Part shown: positions 1-12,200 of the stretch, piece after piece
Position numbering within the stretch: the first letter of the stretch is position 1
How the letters are laid out: the number at the start of each line of letters is the position of its first letter
Origin: Spizellomyces punctatus DAOM BR117
Lineage: Eukaryota
Direction: 5' to 3' (one strand)
Assembly (NCBI GenBank): GCA_000182565.2
Contig: KQ257451.1
DNA: 64,000 nt
Translations under genes and position numbers: made by a program
Notes under the pieces: model-generated
The model's database searches: none
What the model was told of the DNA's origin: nothing
The model's input: only the letters and a program-made list of their open reading frames with translations

Positions 1-1
1 G

Positions 2-3000
2 CATGTTTTCATAGACAATATGGACTTCACAAATATCGACTTCGTTCCAGCCTTGAGATCATTCCTTCAAACATTTCGCTTGCCTGGAGAGGCTCAAAAA
101 ATTGATCGAATAATGGAGAAGTTTGCCGATCGTTACTATGAAAACAACCCGGACGTTTTTGCAAAAGCCGACACCGCCTACACCTTGGCTTTCTCCGTTA
201 TCATGCTGAATACAGATCAGCACTCCGCTGAAATAAAGCATCGGATGGATAAGAACGCATTCATCAAAAACAACCGTGGTATTAATGACGAAGGGGACTT
301 ACCGGAGGAGTATCTTGCTGCAATTTTCGACGAGGTGTCCAATAATGAAATTGTACTAGAAGAGGAACAGGCAGGGAAACTGGCACAAATGGCCATTGGA
401 TGGGGTGCCGGGGATCTCAACGATAGGCAGAGAATGGAACTCTATAGGAAAGAGATACAAATGGTGCAGAAGAAAAGCCAGCAGCTCATTCAAAATGCGA
501 ACAGAACAGTCGCACCATTCCGAACCGCAGTGAATGCTGATCTGGCGCGGCCCATGTTTGGAATGGCTTCTTGGCCTTTAATGGCGGTTTTCAGTCTTGC
601 CTTTGAGGCCGCCAACGACGAAGAGGATGTCGATGACGCAGCTGAAGGACCGCGCTCGCTGGAACCAAAGGCAGCAGACCTTTGCCTGGAGGGTTTTGCG
701 GGATCTATACGGTTGGCTAGTATTTTCAGGATGGAGACCGAACGTGATGCCTTTGTGACCTCATTGTCGAAATTGACTGGGCTATCTCACATTCAAGACA
801 TCCGACCAAAAAATATCAAAGCCATCAAGACGCTGATTATGATTGCGAATGTCCTTGGAGAGTATCTTGAGTCCAGCTGGATGCAAGTTCTAAAAGCAAT
901 TTCCCAGCTGGAGCGTCTCCAGTTGATTGCAAATCGGGGTTCTTTCGATAATGCTACGCGACAGAGTGGAGACGCGGTACATGCTGGTGATGAAGCAACT
1001 GCTGCAGATTTACCGTACGGCGGTTCAGCAGCCCCTGTACGACAAAGTGCATACCGCACCATTGAAGACTTGACTAGCAATTCTAGGCCAAACCCCGCCG
1101 TAGAAAAGCTGATCGCAGAGTTCCATAATCAAGCTACCGTAGTGGCGGTTGATCGTATCTTCACAAACACATTAAAACTATCCGCCACAGCCATTATTCA
1201 CTTCTTCCGGTGCTTATGCCATGTCTCCATGGAAGAGGTGGGACTCGATCCAAGTGCGCCGGTGGGTGGAATGCCGCAGGTTCTACATTCCGGGGCGCCG
1301 CGCATGTATTTGCTGCAAAAAATTGTCGAGATTGCCTATTACAACATGCCTCGAATTCGTTTCGAGTGGACGCAAATCTGGCGGATCCTTCAGCCGTACT
1401 TTAACACCGTTGCATGTCATCCCAACACTACAGTGTCCACCTTTGCGGTTGACTCTCTTCGGCAACTAAGTATGAAGTTCCTTGAGCGAGAGGAACTGGG
1501 ACACTACTCAGCGCAAAACGAATTCTTAAAAAGTTTTGAATGGATCATGAAGCACAATGCCAACCCGGCAATCAGGGAACTGATCCTCAGCAGCATGGCA
1601 CATATGATTGCTGCTCGTGCACGCAGCATACGGAGTGGATGGAGAAGCATTTTCGTGGTCTTGGCCAAGGCAGCACAGTCGAGTTCAGGAGACGAGAAGA
1701 TGATTAAGACAGCGTTTGGAATTGTGCAGGTCGTGTTTCGGGAACATTTCGATGCTGTGAATCATGCTGGAGGATTTGTCGATTATGTGGCTTGTTTGGC
1801 AGAGTTCGCGTTGTTGGAGGGTAGCGGGCAAACCTACGACGAGGTGGTGATGGGCAGTATTCAGCTTCTGCAGTCTTGTGCAAACTATCTTGTGAAACAT
1901 GGCAGCGAGACGCTTGAGGGAAAGCCGAGGCGGAGCTCTCAGGGGGAACTAGATGGACAGAAGCCCGTTCCGCCAGCGGTACTCCTTAACGGGACAGCAC
2001 TCTCGGTCCCGCCAACTCCGACCAGTACGCATCCACCTCGTGCCCCATCCCAGCCTTATCTCCAAGCAAACGGAATGGTGAGCGAGGAGCACTTCTTCCT
2101 GAAATGGTTCCCTATACTGTCTGCCTTCTCCCGTGTTGTGATTGACTCAGAAAGTGTTACCGTGCGCACCCGGACCATAGATGCATTGTTCGATACCTTA
2201 AAGTCCGCTGGCCAAAGGTTTGATGTAAAGTACTGGAAAAACATACAGCGGAGCGTTATTCTGCCCATTTTTGCTGATTTGGGTGAGCGCACCGACTCAG
2301 TTTCTCAAGAGCAGTATCGGCCACGAGGAAAAGAGGCAGACACCGCGATATGGGTGCACGGCTTGCGACTTTATGCGGATTTGACTACATCTTTTTTTGA
2401 GAAGCTGGCAACCGCGGGCCATGCCGAGCTGATGAAAGGCGTTTTGGACCTTTTAATCGGCATGTTACAGCGGCGAGACGAAAAGCTGGCGACGACAGGT
2501 GGTATCTGCCTGCACGGGTTTGTGCGAGACAATCTGGGTAGAATTGGCAAGTGCGGGTCTTGGGGGGTGATAACGGATGGAGTGGAGAAAGCCTTTGCGA
2601 CAACGTTACCGGCGGAACTACTATGCTGCGATTACGGAAAAGTTTCATCGAAACCGCTGGACGCGAATTCTAACAGGACAGAATCAGTAGGATCAGAGGT
2701 TGTAAGCGCAGGTTATACAGCTGCGCGAGCAGTAGGAACCGAAGTTACGCTGGATACGCTTGATTTTGAGCACACGTTAGTGAAATGTGTCACGCATCTG
2801 GAGCTCGTTCAAGCATTGCGAGATATCGCATTCACCAAGTTAGTCGGGAGCGGTCGAAGAGGGAGCGAAGCCAAGGTGTACGTTGACAAAACCCAAAGCG
2901 GTCGCAATTCCATAGTCGCAGATATGACTGCCACGGAGAGACCAGTAGATAAGAGCGACCCTGGAAGCACTCCTGTACCTCCAGTTGTACCGGAGCAAAA

Positions 3001-3718
3001 GCAAGTTCTGGCCATCAATATCATCCCTCCAGAATTCCGCCACCGCTGGCTTAAATGCTTGTACGACAGTTACGCGGTTGCGCGAGCGTTCAATGAGGAG
3101 AATGACTTGCGTTATGCCATATATCGACGGGGCCTGGTACCTCAGCTCCCACATTTGGTCAAGCAAGAGACTTTGAGTTTCGCAACATATTTGCGGATGC
3201 TGTTTGCCGTCTACCGTGCACAATCGTCCAGTACACCCTTTCCGAGGGAGCCTAAGAGTCCCTCGACTGAAACGATATCAATGGAGACAGCTGGGCAGGG
3301 CGACGCTAGTGTTCTACCAGAACTTGTCAAGCACACACTTGACGTCCTAGGGCGGTACGTCGAATGTCTGAATGACCAGCAACGCAATCAATTGCACATT
3401 GGATTATGGAGTCCAGTGGTTGCGATGGTTTTCAAGGAACTTTTGGGAATGGAAGGGCTGTGGACCGCACAAGCAGCAAATGGTGAACCGAGCGGAAAAT
3501 GCGCGGAAGCCAGGGAGCATTCCGATGGCAGTGTACATGAATTGGGTACTGCAGCACATAACGGCATATCAAATGGGCCACAGCACCATGTTGAACTGAA
3601 ACAACATGTGCCACGGTACTTCAAGTTTGCTGTTAAGATGATGGGTGTTGATCGCCCAGAGGTCCGAACTGCTTTGCAGGAATTCATGGAAAGAGTGGGG
3701 GATGAATATATACGATAG
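2..3718 (+). CDS. SEC7: Sec7/BIG-family large ARF guanine-nucleotide exchange factor (5'-truncated by window edge)
   Basis: Sec7 catalytic motif FRLPGEAQKIDRIMEKF and AFSVIMLNTDQH; downstream HDS motifs (LQKIVEIAYYNMPRIRFEWTQIW, AVDSLRQLSMKFLEREEL, IRSGW); frame is open back to position 2. Confidence 0.95.
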   Translation, partial: HVFIDNMDFTNIDFVPALRSFLQTFRLPGEAQKIDRIMEKFADRYYENNPDVFAKADTAYTLAFSVIMLNTDQHSAEIKHRMDKNAFIKNNRGINDEGDLPEEYLAAIFDEVSNNEIVLEEEQAGKLAQMAIGWGAGDLNDRQRMELYRKEIQMVQKKSQQLIQNANRTVAPFRTAVNADLARPMFGMASWPLMAVFSLAFEAANDEEDVDDAAEGPRSLEPKAADLCLEGFAGSIRLASIFRMETERDAFVTSLSKLTGLSHIQDIRPKNIKAIKTLIMIANVLGEYLESSWMQVLKAISQLERLQLIANRGSFDNATRQSGDAVHAGDEATAADLPYGGSAAPVRQSAYRTIEDLTSNSRPNPAVEKLIAEFHNQATVVAVDRIFTNTLKLSATAIIHFFRCLCHVSMEEVGLDPSAPVGGMPQVLHSGAPRMYLLQKIVEIAYYNMPRIRFEWTQIWRILQPYFNTVACHPNTTVSTFAVDSLRQLSMKFLEREELGHYSAQNEFLKSFEWIMKHNANPAIRELILSSMAHMIAARARSIRSGWRSIFVVLAKAAQSSSGDEKMIKTAFGIVQVVFREHFDAVNHAGGFVDYVACLAEFALLEGSGQTYDEVVMGSIQLLQSCANYLVKHGSETLEGKPRRSSQGELDGQKPVPPAVLLNGTALSVPPTPTSTHPPRAPSQPYLQANGMVSEEHFFLKWFPILSAFSRVVIDSESVTVRTRTIDALFDTLKSAGQRFDVKYWKNIQRSVILPIFADLGERTDSVSQEQYRPRGKEADTAIWVHGLRLYADLTTSFFEKLATAGHAELMKGVLDLLIGMLQRRDEKLATTGGICLHGFVRDNLGRIGKCGSWGVITDGVEKAFATTLPAELLCCDYGKVSSKPLDANSNRTESVGSEVVSAGYTAARAVGTEVTLDTLDFEHTLVKCVTHLELVQALRDIAFTKLVGSGRRGSEAKVYVDKTQSGRNSIVADMTATERPVDKSDPGSTPVPPVVPEQKQVLAINIIPPEFRHRWLKCLYDSYAVARAFNEENDLRYAIYRRGLVPQLPHLVKQETLSFATYLRMLFAVYRAQSSSTPFPREPKSPSTETISMETAGQGDASVLPELVKHTLDVLGRYVECLNDQQRNQLHIGLWSPVVAMVFKELLGMEGLWTAQAANGEPSGKCAEAREHSDGSVHELGTAAHNGISNGPQHHVELKQHVPRYFKFAVKMMGVDRPEVRTALQEFMERVGDEYIR

Positions 3719-3871
3719 TAGGGGGGGATGGCTTTATTTGTACGTATATCAATTATATTTTTTGCCTGCTTTCTTAATGTCGCTTTGCCAAGCACGATGA
3801 TATTCCTATTTACTTCAGTGGTCGCGACTTTTCTACCTGGTGGTACTATTAAACTTAGTAGAGTAATAGCG

Positions 3872-5187
3872 CTACGCAGTCAGACCTCCGTCGACGACCA
3901 AGCACTAAATACACAATCGGTATCAAGAATTGCTCCGATGGCCAAAAAATCCGGACATTCGGACACTTACCTCTCCAGTAATATACTCTGCTGTCGCTAG
4001 GAACATGGCTGCCTGCGCAATCTCCTATAATCCGCGAGGCAAAGAACGCTTCAATGGAAAAAACGTTCCGTGTTTGCGCAACCGTGACATGTTACTACCT
4101 CTGGTTTTCCAAAGCGGCCCAGTGGTGTCGAGGAAAGAATCTCTTGTCTCTTGCGTTCTGACATCCCTTTGCAGGAGTACATCACAATTGAACACTAGGC
4201 TATTCGAGCGGATCGACGCCCATCAGAAAAAGTAGATACCAGCAATCATATCTGTTTCGATGTAACCCGGTGCTATCGCGTTAACACGAATGTTTCGACT
4301 TCCCAGCTCACGCGCGAGAGATTTGGTGAAGCCTGAGTAGTGGTGCGGTTAGGCACCCATCCAGGAGCGTCTTTAGTAGGGTACCTATAACTCCAGCTTT
4401 GGATGCTCCATACACGCTCTGCCCTTCGTTCCCTCTCAGTCCCACGGCGGATGCAATGTTCAAAATGCAGCCTAATATCGCCAGGTATGGAACATCAGCC
4501 GACGTTTGCATGAGGAAACGGGTAGAGTGTGGATTCGCACCCTTCTTTCGTTTCATCATTCCTTTGACAACCGCACGGCTAGTGAGGATAGTTGCCGTTA
4601 GGTTGATGTTCAGGAGCTCCAACGCTCGCGAAGAGTTTTGTACAGCAAGCACGGCGTCAGACACAATCCCTACAAGGGATGTGAGTTTGCTTTAGTAAAA
4701 CCTGTTCTTATGCGTATACGCAAATGATTGATTAGGAACCTGCAGAGTTTACGAGGATATCAACATCACCCAGGGCATTGATATGCTAGTTCATGAATGG
4801 TATTGGAATAACGCAGAAGGTTCCTTGCAGTTATGGCTTGGCAGAAACTCTTTGCGGTACCTTTCCTAGGTCCTCCACTTCCGAAATGTCTGCCAGGTTG
4901 GCTTGGAGGGTCACCACTCTGTCCCTCATTTCGTCATGTGCTATATGTCCTGTCAGTCTCTCGTTATTCAGCAAAGAGTAACGGGCCTCTTCTAAGTTTT
5001 CAGAGTTACGGGAAACGAGTACAATTCGACCCCATCGCTGGGCTGCAAGAAACGAGCGGGCGATTTCCAAGCCGATGCCACGGCTACCCCCTGTGATGAC
5101 AGCTATTGACTGCGACTTCTCTGGTGTTTTCGGTGCAGAACGGGACAATCCTGCGACGGACGCTAGACAACGTTGGCTTCGGAACAT
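3872..5187 (-). CDS. Short-chain dehydrogenase/reductase, mitochondrial 3-oxoacyl-ACP reductase (FabG/CBR4-like), multi-exon
   Basis: TGGSRGIG Rossmann motif, YGASK catalytic motif, [27 protein letters not shown], terminal [13 protein letters not shown] introns join the segments. Confidence 0.88.
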
Positions 5188-5340
5188 GCCGACCTGCAAA
5201 AGCAGTCGAAATGGAGGTGTGAAAACAGACAAGAGACGCGTCGCGTTCGCTTACTCCCTTTGAGAATTGGCGATCGTTCGAATTAATCCGTTTGACAAAC
5301 ACATGCATCCTCGCTAGCTGTCCACGCCTCTCTAGCCGCT

Positions 5341-7712
5341 ATGATGGTAATCAGCTGAAATGGTCTTGATGTCAGCCGGGTCAAATCTCTTAAGATCATT
5401 TGTTGATCTCTCTTTCAGTCATCGTACCTCCAACTTCAAGATCCCACCCTTGAGCGTTCTTTCCGCGGACACAAAGATGTGATAACAGGCTTGTGCTTCA
5501 AGCCTTCCATGACGCAGCTGGCTTCGTCCTCTATGGATCACTCTGTAATGGTGTGGAACTTCAAACCACAATTGAGAGCCTTCCGCTTTGTAGGTCATAA
5601 GGTAAGCCTTGTAAACAAAAGTCATTCCGCAGATCGGTTGTTTCAGTTACGGTCTACACTTGCGGCGGGCATGGCAGTGTATCATAGAATTGCATATTGA
5701 CTCTTACGATACCCGAGTAGGGGCCCGTAACCAGCGTGGACTTCTCACCGGCTGGGCAGCTTTTGGCAAGTTCGTCTCGAGACAAAACAGTGCGGCTGTG
5801 GACTCCAAACGTGTAGGTGACCCTTCGTTCAACCGACCACAGCCTTTCTGCCTACTTTTCGGTTAACCCGATGGACAGCAAGGGTGATGTCACAGTCTTT
5901 AAAGCGCATACCTCCTCTGTACGCACAGTACAGTTCTCTCGCGATGGTGACTCCTTGTTAACGGCATCTGATGATAAAACTATTAAGGTGAAAGATTTCT
6001 TAAAGGCGGTGAATGGATGAGCTCTTCCTGATTACGGGCATTGGGTTGCAGTTGTGGTCGACTCACAGGACAAAATTCCAATATACCCTTGCGGGACACC
6101 TGAATTGGGTTCGAACAGCACGATTCTCCCCGGATTCGCGTCTGATTGTATCAGGAAGTGACGACAAAACGGTCAAACTATGGGACTTGGGCAGCAAATC
6201 TTGCGTGAAAACGTACTGGGACCATACGGGGTAAGGGTGGAACATTTTTACGTGCTACTTCTTTGATAGATACGGCCATGAATCAATTGAAATATGGCGA
6301 TCGATCTAGGATGGTGTCATCTGTTGCTTTCCACCCTGCAGGCACCGTCGTAGCATCTGCATCAACCGACCGATCTATCAAGCTTTTTGATATCCGAACG
6401 CACAAATTAATACAACATTACGGTGATGCACATGGAGGGGATCGTCAGTCAGCCGGTGGCGGAGCAGGGGTGAACAGTATAAGTTTTGGCGGACCTGCCG
6501 GCGAGTGGCTCATCAGCACTGGATGGGACGGTGTAGTGAAGGTACGCAGCGAACAGTGCATCGCAGATGTTGACTGCAGTCTGATCATATTACAACTATT
6601 TCCAGATATGGGATTTGAAAGAGGGGCACCTGTTCTATACCTTACATGGCCACAAACACGGACCAACCACAGCAGCGGTATTTTCGCCACATGGAGACCA
6701 TTTTGCTACGGGCGGCAGCGACTCGCAGGTCATGGTTTGGAAAAGCAATTTCGATTCCATTTCCAGTCCAGTGGGAACAGAGGACAAGGATGTGGAAGAC
6801 ACAGGTCAGTAGAGAGACCTTGCGGATGTTGACGAAAAAAACACCTTGTCCTGACTTTGCTTTTTGAAGGGGCAAACCGGCGCCCATTTTCCCAATCACA
6901 CCAGCATGCTCTGTATACCGAAGCATTTACAGCCGGTCGTTCGCGGGCGCAAAGCAAAAGTCCAGTATTGGCAGCACCTGTGCCAATTGCTGCATCCGGA
7001 GGTGTAACTGCGCAAAGAAAGGCCACCCAGATCTACGGTTCAGGAAAAGTTAATGGAGGAAAATCCGACCGACCGCCGATTGTCGATGTTGGTGCCTCAT
7101 TGTTTGCTGAAAAGGTCTATTCCCCTCCCGTCCTTTGTGCCACGGTATTCTCACGTCCTGACACGCAGAATTTGTATATAGGATCTTGAAGAGGATATTG
7201 TTTTGCCACCTTCGCGGCCTACCACATCACCTATCCGAGAAATGCGCAGTTCCCAACAGCACCAAGATAAACAGACGTATACCACACCTCTAGAAGTCCG
7301 AACAATGCCCAACGAGATCGCCTCTACACTTCAACATATTGTCCGACAGGTGGACGTTCTGACACAAACGATGAGCATTCTTGAGGTGAGCATCGTCTTC
7401 AGTTGTTTGTCAATCCCATGATAGTATGGTATTCAAATACACGAACAGAGTCGATTGACAATGAATGAAGATCGGGTAGTGGAAATGGGTCGACGATTTG
7501 GGGATGCGGTCGAGCGCATTGACTGGATGGCGTCTCGGTGGACCAGAGCTAATGCGTCTACAGTTAGCAGCAATGCGCCGGAAGGGGTCGGAATACCACA
7601 TGACGGAAACGATGCTCTAGGGCAGCAACCTGCCGCCCAGGATGCAACGACCGGGAGAGAAAGGGCTGTCCCTAATACTGATCACCCTGAAGCAGAGAGG
7701 ACGGGTATATAA
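5341..7712 (+). CDS. POC1: Centriolar WD40 protein POC1, multi-exon
   Basis: [13 protein letters not shown]...[20 protein letters not shown]40 repeats ([38 protein letters not shown]) and C-terminal Poc1 coiled coil [27 protein letters not shown]. Confidence 0.92.
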
Positions 7713-7848
7713 CACATATATACCGGTACATGAAAGAGAGAAGCAACGACGGCAGCTTCTGTAAATAATTATGGTCTACCTTGTAAGTCTAATTGTAAAC
7801 ACCGAGATATAATCTATCTATGTACAACTGGATTGAGGACAACAGTGG

Positions 7849-9113
7849 TCACCCGCCAGCGTTATCCCGCTCCTTTGTTGATATCAGCCCTTTCGAATTG
7901 CCGATTGGTCCAGCAGCTGCATTTTGGCGCTGCGCGTGTTGAAGTTTTGGCGTCCTACCGTTCTTCTTTTGTGTGATAGGTGCCGATGTTTTGACCGTTT
8001 TGATTCTCAACGGATAGTACGAGGCACTCCTGGCTGTCGACCTGGTCGTACCTGGAATTGCATTCGATGGACGTTGCAGCCACGGTATATTGGGGGGAGA
8101 GATTCTCGAGGCGACCAGAGCGCAGAGGTCGTCGAATCGTGGTGTGTCGTTCTGGGAGTAGACGTATCACGGTTATTCTACGGTAAACCCGTAGTCTCCA
8201 ATCCTAACTTACCCTTATACCCAGAATGGTCAGCCGCTTGATTCCTAACGCTGTTGCTAATGCAGCTTCTGCTCCTTTTGCAAATGGACATAGTAACACA
8301 TTGTTCCCGGCAAGGTAAGTGAGCGTTGGAATGTGAGCATACAGATGCGAAACTGGTACATCGCCACTGCACAGGAATACGAGACGCAGTTGGCTGGCTG
8401 TCGACGCTTGGGCTGTGGTGCAAGAATCTTCGAGGATTCGGGTAACTTTGTTGATGCCCAGAACAATATCCTGCAACGCTGCAAGCGCCCCAATACCGGT
8501 ATCACTGGGTGGGTTAGGCGGCTGTTTTGGGAGCATTTCCGGGATCTCGATGGCTCCACCACTCATGCCCTTCCTCTTTTTCTTCTTCTTTTTAGCAGCT
8601 TCTAGTTCATCTAATGTTTGCGGCACATCTTGGGTCGCAGGCTTTACAGCAGCAGCCAAAATGGCCGCTCGAGACTGCTTTCTTGCAATAATTTTGTGCA
8701 CAATGTCCTCCTTTCTTCGTTCACACTGGCCCCGTCGGTGTTCGCCTACGGATGTGAGGATCCTGGTAATCCGAGCATTAGATCGCCGACTCTTGAAATC
8801 CTGATGTCGAGTACAATACCTGCATAGCGCTTGCAGGATTTCCTCATTATCTTCCGTACTGAGTGCAGGCCTAGCATGGTGTGATAGCGATTAGAGAATA
8901 AACAAACAAAGGACAGACAAGCGTCCCAGTTCTGATACACTCCTAGCAAACTCACCACTCAAATTGAAACGGTGAATCAAAGACGTGCTTAAAAACGGTC
9001 CGCCTTGTCTTGTCCCGCAACACATTCTCCTCGTCCGCTATCAATGCTTCCTGGGTAAGTGCTCTCGCGTGCGATGTTGGTGTTGACTTGCGTTGCGGTC
9101 GGGGGGAATTCAT
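7849..9113 (-). CDS. L7Ae-fold RNase P/MRP subunit (Pop3/Rpp38-like), multi-exon
   Basis: N-terminal VFKHVFDSPFQFEW; L7Ae segment IVLGINKVTRILE...LYAHIPTL...ALATALGIKRLTILGI; C-terminal IPWL...YYPLRIK. Confidence 0.72.
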
Positions 9114-9267
9114 GGTTGGCGAAAATGACACTGCAAACTGTGATCTGTATGGTTCAGATCGGCACAGTTTTATATGTTACATAATCATTGGAAGTCATGT
9201 GCTAATCTGAAGTTCAATACGATGGCCAGCACTTTCAGCAGTTATTTTATACAAATCTTTTAGATAT

Positions 9268-12200
9268 TCACATGGCCAATGCAGTACTTCTCGTTGCGGT
9301 GTATGCTCCTAATGAGCATTCTTGTGGGCTATTCTGGTCTGGAGTCAGAGCATCGACGGGTTGGGTCTCTTCCTCTTGTATCAAGTCGTCCCTAGCTGCC
9401 CTCAATGATGCCTCAAATGACTTTCGTGTTGTCTCATTATCTGGATCAAGTTCCAAACAAATCCGGAAGCATTCAACGGCGGCGTTTGGATTGCTGGTTT
9501 TTAAAAGATCATCGCCGACCGTTCTAATAAGTAGTGTTGGTTAAAACATAAGTCATAGAGACACTTGAGTATCCAGCGGCTTACCGTAGCACGTCAGCAT
9601 CTCTGATGCCCAACCGTAGCGCTTGCGCTATACACTGATTTGCTTCAAAGCTGCGGTTGAGCTTCAAGTTGAGTAATGCTAGATATGCCCATACATCTGC
9701 ATTGCGATTGTTAAGGACATTCGCTTCCTGTTGACAGCCACAAAGAGCGAGTTTAGGAAAAACATGTTGTTTTTGTTTAGCCAAAGTTCTTGCGCGTCAA
9801 ATGTAAGTACCGCTAAGGCATCCTCAGCTTCTTCCCAATCTTCAAGCGCCATGCAGGCTTTTCCAGCACCAAGCCATGATGCGGTGCTCGGGGCAATGCC
9901 ACTGGCTCGAAGGTACATCGACTTGGACAGTCGTGCCATTGAAACGTCAATGCGACTATTTTCGACAGCATTTCGAAGATATAGTGAACCAAGGCGGGTG
10001 TACACCATGGATATATCGGTTGGTTCTAAAGGGAGCCGGGTTGGCAAGGTCAAAATGCATGCATTGCAAACGAAAGATTATCCCGCAACAGCTACCTTGT
10101 GACAAGGAAAGCACTGTCTCGTATGACACCTGAGCACTATCCCAAAGTTTTTGTACGTATTGGAGGTGACCTTTTTGCGCCATATCAGTATGGTCGAAAT
10201 AATGCGTTTACAGACTCTACCCATACCCAAAGCCGCCCAAACGTTCGGCTCATCTTGCTGGATGCTCAATGCGTCTTTCAGGTGCTCATTTGCCAACTTA
10301 TAGTTCGAGCGCTGGACTTCAAGCTGACTAAGAAGTAGGTAAGGCTTAACTCGAGGACCAGATTCAAGGATTTCCTAAAGGACTACGGTTAAATCGTGCC
10401 CGTAAAATGGAAAACAGTGAAAAGTACCCACTTGCGAAAGCGCACGCTCTGCGAGCTGTCCAGCATGGCAGTGTATGAGGAACTCGGCTACCAATAAGAA
10501 AATTGATGGTGCGTCTGGTAACCGGTTAATTCATCGAGCGCTAACAGAGTGGATGATCAAAAAGAACCCTCTTATACCTGATGGCATAGTGCTATTGTGT
10601 AGCTTTGCAGCCTCCATTAGATAGTTTTCAGACTCTTCTTCCTCACTAATAACATCATAGAAAAGTCCCTGATAAAGAGCGTAGAACGACTCAGAATCTA
10701 CAATCACTATAGACTGCGAGATGCATTTAGTTCAACTCACCAAGAGTGTCAAGCTCAATGTATACTTGGGCTGCAGTTCCACAGCCGTTACGAGGTAAAC
10801 ACGCGCTTCCTCGAAGCGTTCATGAATACAACATAGAGCGCCATATGCTAGCAAACTGTCGGATAGTTGATGGCAGAGATGGTCAATAATAGATTTTAAG
10901 TGATGTCATCCGCTACTGCACCTTGGAATGTGCTTGGGATTTTTTGACAGTATCTCACGAAAGCATTCCTCGCCTTTCGACATCATTCCATTTCGCATAC
11001 AGAAGCATCCGTAGTCAAACCTAAACATAAATACATTAGGTTTCGAACAAAAGAAGGACAGCGCAAAGTAAACATTTCCCCACCATGCCTGCATGCTATC
11101 CTCGTACTTTACTATCCGCTCTTGATGGTACCTACTGGCAAGATCCGTAAGATGATCCACTTCTGCCGTATCAGCAAAATTCTTCAATATTTGGAAATCA
11201 GCCGTCTTCGTAAGGGTTGGGTCGACAAACGCCGTTGATTTGTCCCGGAACATCTGCCTTAGCCATAAGTTTGAGGCTAACTGTGGAACATGGTCGAGCC
11301 CCGATTCATACCTTGTTGATCAGCAGATGCATTTGGTCGACGAGGTAAACGTATACCTCGGACATGAACAGTTGGAGTTCACTTTTAGATGCGAAGGGAG
11401 ATTTGCGCTTGAATTGCTGGGGTCGGTGGAAGCCATCTATCAGTGAAAAGGGAGCGGATCGACACATTACAACTGTTTGTTTACCTCCCGCACGACCTCA
11501 ACCACGGCTCCCTTCAACTGCTCTTTGAACATGAAGTATGCTCCGCTCTTGTTCAGATGAAAGAAAAGCCGCTTTCTTCGCTACATTGCACCGGAAAGCA
11601 CTATCAGAAAGTGGTTCTCCTGGGTGAAAATCTGCGAGCCCAATACCCACTTGGAGCTCCTCCGACGAAGTCTCCGAGCCAACCGATATGCCGTCGATAG
11701 AATCCCCGCGTTTCTCTGCCTCCGCTACCAGTACTGTCTCATATTCCTTGACCAACTTTCGAACAACCGCTTGAACCTGTGTAAGGTACTCCTCATTGGC
11801 ACGTTTCGAACGTTTTTCGTAGAGAAGCTGAGGTGGAATTATGCGACGGGGAATGAAGTCACTGACTGATTTGGTTATCTGAGTGTCATATCAAATAGTA
11901 TCTTAGTGTCTCCACGTTGGATATTAGGAATAAAATTCGTGTCGTGCATACCGGCTGTAGCTTCTTCTTGTCGAGAAGAGGCTTTTCCAGCAACAGCTGA
12001 AGGCCGATACTGGTACCTAAGCTTTTATATAGGTTCGCTGTAAAATAGCATTCTGAGCACAGGTCCTTCCGACTGTGGCATAGACATTTCTCGCTGTATC
12101 TGAGAAAGATGGTACTTCACGCCTTACCATCATCCTTTGCTCCCCTTCCCTTCTTGCTTGGTGTCGGACCAGGAGCTTGACTGTCCAGTGTCGTTGTCGA

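Noticed and set aside
5236-5246. ACGCGT/CGCG (MCB/E2F-like) cores upstream of POC1, also at 14090-14108
   Set aside because: Six-mers expected many times by chance in 64 kb; no independent support.
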